From: the human T2T-CHM13v2.0 reference genome, Homo sapiens
NCBI RefSeq assembly: GCF_009914755.1
Contig: NC_060940.1
Length of the DNA: 64,000 nt
Strand: one strand, 5' to 3'
In this document: positions 1 to 10,204 of the stretch, one piece after another
How the letters are laid out: each line of letters begins with the position of its first letter
Numbering within the stretch: position 1 is the stretch's first letter
Notes under the pieces: generated by a model
What the model was told of the DNA's origin: nothing
Databases searched by the model: none
Seen by the model: only the letters and a program-made list of their open reading frames with translations
Made by a program: the position numbers and the translations under genes

Positions 1-379
1 CCCACCTGGCTAGTTCTTTTATCAGCCAGAACAGTTGCACCTCAGCCTAAAAAGTTTCACTTCACCTGTCTGCCAGCCCATGAATTTATTCAAACAAGCC
101 AATTGCATGCCCCCTTGGGAACCATTGATCATTGTGTGCTCTTGTTACTACCAAGCCTGCCTGCTTCCTCAGCCCGCAGCCCTCACTCCGATACAGAGTG
201 CGGTGCCCATCTGACCCTGTGTGGCATGCAGTGTCCTCCTCTGAGCTGTGGGTATATGTGACTAAAACACTGCTGTCAATCTCATCCATCCACGCCAGGC
301 GTCGTGTTCAGCCATCTCCTACACTTTAGGGCAGGGACCCCTCCTTCACCAATGGGGTGAAAAGGAAGTGACCCTAACA
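1..379 (+). mobile_element. 3' part of an old ERV LTR (family not assigned)
   Basis: LTR-like composition ending in ...CCCTAACA; resemblance only. Confidence 0.4.
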
Positions 380-463
380 ACTGCTTAATGACAAAAGGAT
401 TAACCCACCAAGAAGACATCTACTTCAACATCCTCCTCTTAGCAACTGTTAAAACTAGGCAGA

Positions 464-727
464 GGCCGGGCACAGTGGCTCATGCCTGTAATACCAGAAC
501 TCTGGGAGGCAAAGACAAAGGATAGCTTGAGGCCAGGAGTTCGAGCCTGGGCAACATAGCAAGGCCTCACCTCTCCAAAAAATTTTAAATTTAGCCAGGT
601 GTGGCGGCACACACCTATAGTACCAGCTACTCAGGAGGTTAAGCCAGGGGAAGTACTTGAGCCTAGGAAGTCAAGGCTGCAGTGAGTCTTGTTCGTGCCA
701 CCGCACTCTAGTGTAAGTGACAGAATG
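464..727 (+). mobile_element. AluJ-type SINE with TSD, no poly-A tail
   Basis: Starts GGCCGGGCACAGTGGCTCATGCCTGTAAT; both arms present; flanked by direct repeat AAACTAGGCAGA (452-463 and 728-739). Confidence 0.9.
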
Positions 728-904
728 AAACTAGGCAGAAAAGGAGCAAGGATTTACAAAAGATCTGAACAGTTCAACCAGCAAAATCTGACATCCGTAT
801 AACACCCCACTCCCCAACAGCAAAACACACACATTTTTAAAGCCAATAGAAATCTACCAAGATGAAGTACATTTGGGGCAATAAAAGAAATCACAGCAAA
901 TCTC

Positions 905-1830
905 GCTGTGCGGCCCTTGGCGCCAGCACCGTGCGCCTCTCTGCGCCTTGTTTTCTCACCACGGGGAAGCATTTGGGGGCCTCTTGAGGGACCCCCTAGA
1001 TGCTTCTACTCAGAGCCCCCAAAGCCGGGGAGCCTCCACTCCTCTGTCTGCAGCCTCCCCTGTCGGTTCTCGCTACCCAGGGTTCAGTGGCCTGGGGGCT
1101 GACGGAGGGGGTCGCCTCTGCCAAGGCCCCTTCCGGCGCCTCCCTGGCTCATCCAGCCCACCTCCCTCCCACGCTGGCTTACGCAAAGTGCTCTGGTCAC
1201 CAGGAGCCCTTCCTGACCAGTCCCGGCACCTCCTTGGCCTTCGCCCCACCTGGCCTCCCCTGGAGCCCTGACCTGGGTGACGGGCCTGCTGGGTCCAGAG
1301 CCCACCCCGCCCTGAACAACCCCGAGTCTCAGCCACCCTCAGTTCTTACCCTTTCACAGCTGGGGAGTGGAGCCTGGGCCTGCGCCGGCGCCGTGGGCCT
1401 CTCCGCGCCTGCGCCGCCGCCGTGGGCCTCTCCGCGCCTGCGCCGCCGCCCTGGGCCTCTCCGCCGCTATCTGCTTCTCCGCCGCGCCGGCGCTGGCGCT
1501 GTGTGCCTTTGCCAGGGCGAAGCTGCGTTCTCCTCAACACAGACCCGAAGAGCATCGTGAGCGCGGAGCTGAGTTCTACTCTGCACAGACTTCGGAGATA
1601 CAGCGAAGGCAGAGCAGTGTTCTCCTCAGCACAAACCCGGACGGGCGGGCCGGTGGCACCGCGAGGGTGGAGCTGCGTTCTGCTCTGCACAGACCTTGGG
1701 GACACTGCCTCGCTTTGGGACAACTCGGGGCCACATCGAGGGTGAATAAAATCCTTCCTGTTTGCAGCCCTGTTTGCGGTTGGTGGCAGCGATGGACACT
1801 GCAGCCAGCCACAGCGTAGAAAGGCGTCGG
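905..1830. repeat. TAR1-like telomere-associated repeat / CpG island
   Basis: Three tandem 29-bp units GCCTGCGCC(G/C)GCGCCGTGGGCCTCTCCGC-like at 1378-1464, then ~46-bp units (..GCTGCGTTCTCCTCA(G/A)CACAGACCCG..) as in human subtelomeric TAR1; dense CpG. Confidence 0.85.
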
Positions 1831-2250
1831 GGTAAGTGCGCTATCCAGGCTGCACTGCGGGTGGCCTGGGACGGGTTGGGAGCCCTATCTCAGGCGTCAC
1901 TGCCTGTCCTGGGTGGCTGTTTGGGTGTGCTATCTGGGGCTGTGATGCCTGCACCAGGGGGGGTGGTTTAGGGGCCCAAACCGGGGCTGCACTGCCTTTG
2001 GCGGGGAGCCGGTTGGGGGCACTATCCCAGACTGTATTGCTGGCAACAGTGAGGTGGGCTAAGTGTGCTATCCGGGGCTGCACTGTGCGGCTGTGGGGGG
2101 TTGGCGGTTTCGGGTTGAGGGCGCTATGGGGTGCTGTAATGCCCATGGTGCGGGGAGGCAAGGCAGTTTGGGTATGTTGGGTGTGGTATTGGGGGGGTCT
2201 ACACTGCAGGTGGTAGAGGGCAGGGTGGGTTGGGGGCCATATCAGGGACT
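1830..2250. repeat. G-rich subtelomeric-type satellite (REP522-like), part 1
   Basis: Recurrent GGGTTGGGGGCACTATC..GGGGCTGCACTG motif; family name is inference. Confidence 0.6.
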
Positions 2251-2251
2251 G

Positions 2252-3545
2252 CACTGATTGCTTTAGCTAGGATTTCTGGTACTATGTTAAACAACAGTGG
2301 TGACAGGGGGCATCCTTATCATGTTCCAGATCTTAGAGGAAAACCTTTCCATTTTTCCCCATTCCATATGATTCTAGCTGTGGGTGTCTTTCCTGTAGTT
2401 TTTATTATGTTGCGGTATGTTTCTTCTGTGCCCGTTTCTTTGAGGATTTATAGCATGAAGGGATGTTGAATTTCATCAAATGCCTTTTCAGTTTCAGTTG
2501 ACGTGATCATACTGTTTTTGTCGTTTATTTGGTTGATATGTCGTATCACATTGTATGTTGAGTGACCCTTGCATCCCAGGGATACATCTCACTTGGTCAT
2601 GATGAATTATCTTTTTAATGTATTACTGAATTTGATTCACTGGTATTTTGTTGAGGATTTTTGCATCAATGTTAGAGATACTGGCCTGTAGTTTCCTTCT
2701 TTGATGCCTTTGTCTGATTTTGGTATCACAGTAATAATGGTCTCATAGAATAAGTTTGGAAGTATTCCCTCCTGTTTTTCAAAATAGTTTGAGCAGGATT
2801 CGTACTAGGTCTTTAAATTGTTTGGTGTGAAGCCATCAGCAGTGAAGACATCAGTTCCTGGGCTTTTCTTTACTGGGAGACTTTTTCTGATGGCTTCAAT
2901 CTCATTACTTGTTACCAATCTGTTCTGGTCTTGGATGTTTTCATTGTTTGACCTAAGTAGGTTGTATGCATCTAGGAATTTGCCAATTTCTACTAGGCTT
3001 TCCAATTTATTGGCATGTAATAGCCAGTTATGATCCTTTAAATTTCTGAAGTATTAGTTGTAATGTCTCCTTTTTTTAATCTATTGATTTTATTTATTTG
3101 AATCTTGTCTCTTTTCTTAGCCTGGTTAAAAGTTTGTCAATTTTGTTTAGCTTTCCAGAAAACCAGCTTTTCATTTAATCTTCTGTGTTTTTTCTTTCAA
3201 TTTTATTTCTGCTACGATCTTATTTATTTTATTAATTTCAGTTTAGTTTGTTCTTACTTTACTAGTTCTTTAAGATGTATTGTTTATTTGAAGTTTTTCT
3301 TTTGTTTGGATGGTAGGCACTTATAGCTATAAATCTCTGCCTTTGTACTGCTTTCTGCCTAACAAGTTTTGGTATCCTGTGTTTTCATTACCCTTTGTTT
3401 CATGAAATTTTTGAATTTCTGTCTTAGTATCTTCATTGACCTGCTAGTCATTTATTCAGGAGAGTAGTGCTTAACTTCCATGTGATTGTATTGTTTCCAA
3501 AATTACTCTTCTTATTGATACCTAGTTTTATTCCTTTGTAGTCAA
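2252..3545 (-). mobile_element. L1 (old, L1M-type) ORF2 fragment
   Basis: Antisense ORF2 sequence (TACTATGTTAAACAACAGTGGTGACAGGGGGCATCCTT..); minus-strand peptide NRLVTSNEIEAIRKSLPVKKSPGTDVFT resembles L1 ORF2p. Confidence 0.9.
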
Positions 3546-3549
3546 AGAA

Positions 3550-4830
3550 GATGGCCACGGAGACAGCAGCGTGGTCAGAGTGGTAGGAGCCGGCCATCAG
3601 CGAGAGCTGCTCCATGCCTGGCTGCTGGGTGCTAGAGCCTGCGGCCAGCTGGCTTGCCTCACTGTGGTTGGTGGTGGTGGTGACAGAGACTGCAGCACGA
3701 CCAGAGTGGTAGGACAGGGGCCATACAGGGCTGCACCTTTCGCAGTGTGGGGTGGGTTGGGGGCACTATCCAGGGTGTCATTGCCTGCATTAGGGGTACT
3801 GGTTGGTAGCACTGTACAGGGCTGCACTGCCCACGGCAGAGAGGGTGGGTTATGGGTGCTTTCTGGGGCTACAATGCCCATGGAGGAGGACAGGTTAGGG
3901 CACTATCGGGTATACGCTACTGGCGGTATTGGGGGACCGAGGTGGGGGCACTATTGAGGGCAGGACTAGCTGTGGAGGGGGGGCGAGTTCGGTGCTATCA
4001 GGGGCTGCACTGCTGGCAGCGGTCAGGAGAGTTGGCATCCAAGGAAGGAGTGGTTCTCCTCTCCCTGACTCCACACTCCAGAGGGCGACCCACTCTTGGT
4101 CATATTGGAGTGCAGCAGGGCACCACACCATTTGCGTGGGAATCCTGAGCATGGCAGAGCCCCCACACCCACTGTGGTTCCTGGGCCTGTGCATTCTGGG
4201 TCTGTGCCTCAGAGGCTGCCAGGCACCCCTGGGGACACCACGGGAGACAGGGCCCTGTGTGTGGAGGCGTCCAGAACAGGAATTGGCACCTGGTTGTGGA
4301 GGGCTGGCTGGGTCTGAATTTTTCTGCTTCTCATGCTCCCCGAGGAGTGCAGCCCCAGTGGGCCCAATGGTTCCTGTGGAGTGGGGAGCTGGGTGCCGTG
4401 GTGTCTCCAGCACCCACCCCAGACCCCAGTTCCCAGCCAGCTTGGGCCAAAAGAAGAGGCTGGACTTTGGAGGGTGGGTGTGAGTGCCTTTGCTGAAACT
4501 GGCCCCTGCCACCCAGTGGCCAGCATGACAAGTTGAGGCTCTAACCCTTCCACCTCTCACATCTTCCTCTAGGCTTTTCTGGCTTTGCCCGCCCAGCTGC
4601 TCCGTGCCAGGAGGAGGAGGAGACACCTAGAGCCTGCAACACCACGGCTCGCCTCCCTGCAGGTGGGTGGCAGTGACGGAGACTGCAGTGCGCCAAAGCA
4701 GTAGGAGAGCGGCCACACTAGGAGGGCAGGCGGCTGCAGCCAGGGTTGGGGGTCAGGCTTACAGCGATGGACGGGCTGCAGCAGTGGCCAGGTGGTAGGA
4801 GCCTTGTAGGGAAGGCTGGTGCATTGGCAA
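3550..4830. repeat. G-rich subtelomeric-type satellite (REP522-like), part 2
   Basis: Same motifs as 1830-2250 resume after the L1; GAGACTGCAG..GGTAGGA motif recurs at ~3685 and ~4680. Confidence 0.55.
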
Positions 4831-4832
4831 TG

Positions 4833-7800
4833 GGCCTGGCTTTTCCCTGCCCCTGCCATGGATTTGGCCCTGTACTGCCCTGCCTTGCCCTGTACCTGCT
4901 CTACTGTTACCTGGACTCTCGGCCCTGTCCTGCTCTGGTCCCATCCTGACTCTGTCTTGGCCCTGTGCTACCCTGTCCCTGCCCTGGTCTTACCCTGGCA
5001 CTGGCCGTGCCCTGAACCTGCACTGGCCTGACCTTGGCTCTGGCCCTGGCTCTGGCCCTGCCCCTTGTCCTGACCCTGGTCCTCTCGTGGCACTGGCCCT
5101 GCCAATGGTCATGGTCCTGCTCTTGTTCTGGCCCTGACCTGGCCTTGGACATATCCTGGCCCTGCTTTGGCCCATCCCTGCCCTGGCCCCACCATGGGCC
5201 TGCCTTTTCTGCCCTCTCCTGGCACTGACCTTGCCCTGTCATGGCCCAGTGGTGCCATTGTCCTGCCTTACCCTGCGCTGGTTGTGCCTTGGCCCCGCTT
5301 GGTGCTGGCCGCTCCCTGGACCTGCCCTGACCCTGCCTTGGCTTTTGCCCTGCCCTCACTATGGCCTGGCCCTGGCCCTAGCCCTGGTCCTGCCATATCC
5401 CTGGCCCTACCCTTATCCAGGCCCTGCCCCTGTTGCTGCCCTGGCCCTGGCCTGGAACCTGGTCCTGTCAAGGACCTGCCCTGACTCTGCCATGGCCCTG
5501 GCCCTGCTCTGCCTTGTTCCTGGCCCTGACCCAGACCCAGACCCTTTCCTCTCTCTGCACTGGCCTTTCCCTGGCCCTGAGCTGGCAGTGGTCTGCCCCT
5601 GGTCTTGCCATCACCCTGCCCTGCTGTGCTCTGGATGTGTCATCCCCCTGCCCTGGCCCTACTCTGCCTTTGACCCTGCCCTGGCCTTACCTTGGCCCTC
5701 ACCCTAGTCTTCATTAGGCCCTGCTCTGGAGCTGGCCCTAGCACAGACCTGGCCCTGATCCTGGCTCTGGTCTTTGTCCTGCCATAGCCCTGGCCCTGAA
5801 GTGGACTTGGAGGTGTCCTGGCCCCGGCATGACATGGCTCTGCATTGGCCTGTCCCTGCCCTGCCACTACCATCGCCTTTCCCTGCTCTGCCCTGTCCCA
5901 GTACTGACCTGGCCATGCTATTTCCCTGCCGTACCCTGCCTTGGCTGTGCCCTGGCTCGGTTCTGGCCCTGGCCCCGGCCCTGCCCTGGATATGCTCTGA
6001 CATTGCCTCAGCCTTGGCACTAGCCTGGCTCTTTCTTGGCATCAGCCCTGCTGTCTCTGTGGACTGGCTCTTGTCCTGTCCTGCACTGGCCATACCATGC
6101 CCTGCCCTGCCCTGCCCTGACTCAGCCCTGGCTCAGCCCTGGCCCAGCCTTGGCCTTGGCATTGCCCCTGGTCCTGCCATATTTCTTGCCCTGTCCCTAC
6201 CCTGGCCTTGGCCCTGACCCTTACCTTGCTCTGGCCCTGCCCTTACCCTAACACAGCCCCTGGCCCTGTCATGGCCCTGCCCTGGACCTGTCCTGGCCCT
6301 GGCCCTTCCCTGCTTGAGACCTTGCCCTGGTTCTCCTCTGGCCCTGACCCTGAAATGCCTGGCCCTTCCCTGGCCTTGCACTGCTCTGGCGCTTGCCCTG
6401 ACTCTGGTCCTGTCACTGGCCTAGCCCCAGCCCTGTTGCTGGTCTTACCATGGCCCAGACCCTGCCTTGGCCCTGCCCTGACACTGTCCTGGACCCTGGC
6501 TGTGCCAAGAACGTGCACTGTCCTTGCCTTTGTTTTGCTCCTGCCCCAAACCTGGTCCTGCCCAGGCCCTGGCCCTGACCCTGACCTGGCTGTTCCCTGG
6601 CCCTGCCCAGGTCTTGGCACTGGCCTGGCCCTGCCCTGCCTTGGCCCTATGCTTTCCTGGCCCTTCCTTGACGGCCCTGGCCCTGCCTTGGCCCTAGCCT
6701 GGCTTTGACCCTGCCCTGGCCCTAGCCTGGCTTTGACCCTGCCCTGGCCCTACCTTGGCCTTCACCCTAGCCTTCCCTGGGCACTGTGTTGGACCTGGCC
6801 ATAGCACAGACTTGGCTGTGGTCCTGGCCCTGCCATGGCCCTGTCCCAGACCCTAGCCCTGCCAGGTACCTGTCCTGGCCCTGTTCTGGGCCTGGCTTTG
6901 TCCCTGGTTCTCAGATGACCCTGACCCTGCTTCTGCCCTTGCCCTTGCCCTGGCACTGGCCTTGGACATGTCCGTGGTCCTAACCCTGGCCCTGCCCGGG
7001 AGCTGCCACTGTCTCGGCCCTGCCCTGGCTCTGGCCCTGCCCCAGCTCTGGCCCTGCCCTGGACCCAGCCATAGACCTGCCCTGGTTGGTCATGCCCTAC
7101 CTTAACCCTGTGCTACCCTGGACCTGCTCCACCCTGCCCTCCCTTTGGCCCTGCCCTGAGCCCGCCTTGGCCCACACACTGGCCCTAGCACAGACCTGGT
7201 CCTATCTGTGGCCTTGGCCTGGCATTGACCCCTGCTCCTGACCCTGGTCCTGCCATGGCCCTGGCCCTGCCAATGACCCTGATGGCCCTGGCCCTGGCCC
7301 TGTCTTGGCCCTGGCCCTGAACTGGCCCTGCCCTGACCCTGGCCCTGAAGTGGATTTGCAGGTGTCTTGTCCCTGAGTTAACCTGGTCCTACCATGGCCC
7401 TGTCCCTCCCCTGGCTCTGTCCTGGTCTTGTGCTGACCCTGACCCAGACCTTGGCCCTTCCCCAGCCTTGTCCTAGACCTGGCCATGGCCCTGCCTCTGC
7501 CCTGGACCAGCGCTGGCACTGGCATGGACCCCCTGGCCCTGGCCCTTCGCTACTTAAGGCCATACCCTGGCCCAGCCCTGGTCCTGACCCTGTCCTGGCC
7601 CTAATTTGGCCTGGCTCTACCCTGGCATGCTATTCTGGTCCTAGCCCTGACCCTGTCCCTGTCCCTGTCCTGGCCCTAGCCCCGTTGCTGGTCCTGCCAT
7701 GGTCCTTGTCCTGACATTGCCCTTTCCTGGTCCTGGCCCTGGCCCTATCCCAGCCCTGGTCTGGCCCTGGTCTGAACCCTGGCCCTGCAATGGACCTGCC

Positions 7801-8585
7801 TTGGTCCTGCCCAGACCCTGGTTCTGGCCCTACCTCTGCCCTGGCCATACCCTTGCCCTGGCCTGGACCCGGTCCTCGTCCTTGTCCTGCCCCAGCCGTG
7901 GCCCTGGCCCTGCCCTGCCTGTGCCCTGTTCTATCCTGGCCTGGCCTTGCCATGGCCTGGTCTTGCCATTGCCCTGCCCTAGCCTGCCCTGCTTGTGCCC
8001 TAGATCTGCCCTGGCCTTTGCCCCTGTCTTGGTTCCAGCCTTGACTCAGCCCTGGACCTTCCCTGACTTTGCCTCAGCCCTGGCACTACCCTGGCCTTGG
8101 CTTGGCATTTGCCCTACTCTCTCTATGGCCTGGCTCTGGTCCTGCCCTGCTCTTGTTCTGTCCTGGCACAGCCCTGGCCCTGGCCCTGCCATATCACTGG
8201 CTCTGGTCCTGCCCTTATGCAGGCCTGACCCTGCCCCTGCCTTGGCATTGGCCTGGACCTTGGCCGTACAGTGACCCTGCCATGACCCTTTCCTGGCCCT
8301 GGCCTGGAACTTGGCCCTGCCAAGGACTCGCCCTGGCTCTGTCATGGCCCTGGCCCTTTCCTGGATTTGGATGTGTCCTGTCCCTTATTTGCCCCAGCCC
8401 TTCCCTGGCTCTGCCATACCCCTTCTCTGGGGTAGGACCAGGGTCAGGACCAGGATAGGGCCATGGTAAGTCCTGAAGATGGGAAGGGCCGGGGCAGCGG
8501 CAGGACCAGGGAAGCGTCAGGGCCAGGGATGTGGTAGGACTAGGGGCAGAGCTGGCACTAGGGCTGAGCCAGGGCAGAGCAGGAG
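4833..8585. repeat. Degenerate (CCCTG/CCCTGG)n = CAGGG-repeat array
   Basis: ~3.6 kb of CCCTG/GGCCCT/GCCCT pentamers and hexamers with very few A on the + strand; the last ~150 bp is in the opposite (CAGGG) polarity. Confidence 0.9.
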
Positions 8586-8782
8586 AGATTACATTAGGCT
8601 ATTATGTAAAATGTTTATTTTAGATTTTTAAGATAACTATAGTAGTAGTAATAATGTCTGTACTATGTTGTTTGTAATAGTAATAATATTTGCAGTAAAT
8701 AATCACTAAATTTTAACTAATACTATTTGTGCTTCCAGTAGTGTTCTACGAGTATAATTTTATCAATATGTAAATTTGTGAG

Positions 8783-8882
8783 GCATTGATTCTCACAATA
8801 ATTCTATGTGCTAGGTACTTAAACCATCCCCATTTTCCAAATGTAGGAAACAGGCATAAAGAAGTTAAATACTTGGCCAGAT
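8783..8882 (-). mobile_element. MIR fragment
   Basis: CCCCATTTTCCAAATGTAGGAAACAGGC..AAGTTAAATACTTGGCC is a MIR core motif. Confidence 0.65.
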
Positions 8883-8888
8883 TACTCC

Positions 8889-9002
8889 AGTAATCCCAGC
8901 ACTTTGGGAGGCCAAGGCAGGCAGATGGCTTGAGCTCAGGAGTTTGGAACCAGCCTGGGCAACATTGTGAAACCCCATCTCTACTAAAAACGCACAAAAA
9001 GA
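8889..9002 (+). mobile_element. Alu left-monomer fragment
   Basis: GTAATCCCAGCACTTTGGGAGGCCAAGGCAGG..CCCCATCTCTACTAAAAA. Confidence 0.85.
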
Positions 9003-9859
9003 ACTGATTTAAGTTTCTTATAGGATTCTGGTTATAAAACACTGGTAAAATACACAGGGCATGGACAGGGCAGGGCCAGGGACAAGGTCAGGCCAGGAAG
9101 GGGCCAGGGCCAAGGCAGGGCCAGAGCTGGACTTGGAGGTGTCCTAGTCTGATTTGCCCTGCCCCAACGTTGATATCTTAAAACTTCATTAATTCATCTC
9201 TCTTTGCCCTTGGTTCAACATTGTGCTATACCAAAACTCATGTAAAACAATGATCTAATGTAATAAGAATGGCATTTTTCTTTCATGTAGATGCAAGGTA
9301 ACTGGCATTTTTACAATCAACATATTTCCTTTGTCAATTTTTCATTCTGTATTGGAAGTAATTGATAGGTATTTCTGAAGGGATGAAGGTTTTTCTGTGT
9401 TCATTGTGATCCAAACTTTTTTTAGACCTAGTGGCATTTGTAAAACAATTTGTGCCAGCTGACCAAGGACCACTGTGGCAGAAAGCAGCAAACTTGCATA
9501 AGATGTCACTGCCTCATAAGTTGGCTTTGAAAACTAGGGGCTTACTCTATAGTCTTATGAATCAGAGACATTGATAGATGTAGTATAAGATTACAATCAT
9601 ATTTTCCTTTTGACGGTCACATTATAAAGCATGATGTATTGCAATTAATCTCAATTAGCTGATCACAATTAAAATTAATAATGTTGATTATTGCTGATGA
9701 ACAATCATGACTCTTCTGTTCTCAAATGTGAAAGTAATTCTTGTAATTTTAATACAAATTTACATATTATTACTAATTGATTTAATCTCATTGGATTTGG
9801 TTCATGGATCCAATTTATTAAAATATCGATAATGGGATAATGATTTGTCTCCCCATTTC

Positions 9860-10190
9860 ATTTACACTAAAAGCCACAATTCTTACAATGGTCTGCAAGC
9901 CCATCATGATTTGCCGCATGTTAACCGCCAAAATTCTTTTATATCTTCACCCTTGATCTTACCAGTGGTCCTGGCCACTTCACTGTCCTCTGGACATGCC
10001 AACATGCTGCTGTCTTATGACCAAGACTCTAGTTAATTTCTTGGCTTGGAAAGATAACCCTCCATATATCCATTGATCAGCTCATTCAGCTTCCTCAAGT
10101 CTTTACTGAAACCTCACATTCTCGATGAGACCTATTCAGTATTTCAAACTGCCTCCCAGCTGCAGCATTCCCAAACCCCTTAGTCTTCTG
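9860..10190 (+). mobile_element. L2 fragment
   Basis: CTTACAATGGTCTGCAAGCCCATCATGATTTG.. resembles the L2 3' region. Confidence 0.5.
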
Positions 10191-10204
10191 TGTATTTTTG
10201 AAAG

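Noticed and set aside
948-2257. ORFs of 100-186 aa over the CpG island
   Set aside because: GC-rich TAR1/satellite sequence with no recognisable domain
3571-4626. 243-aa and 184-aa ORFs
   Set aside because: Overlapping on both strands in GC-rich satellite-like DNA; no family resemblance
4746-8458. Many overlapping Pro/Leu/Ala/Trp- and Gly/Gln/Arg-rich ORFs
   Set aside because: They are translations of the CCCTG satellite; stop codons are rare for compositional reasons and ORFs appear in all frames
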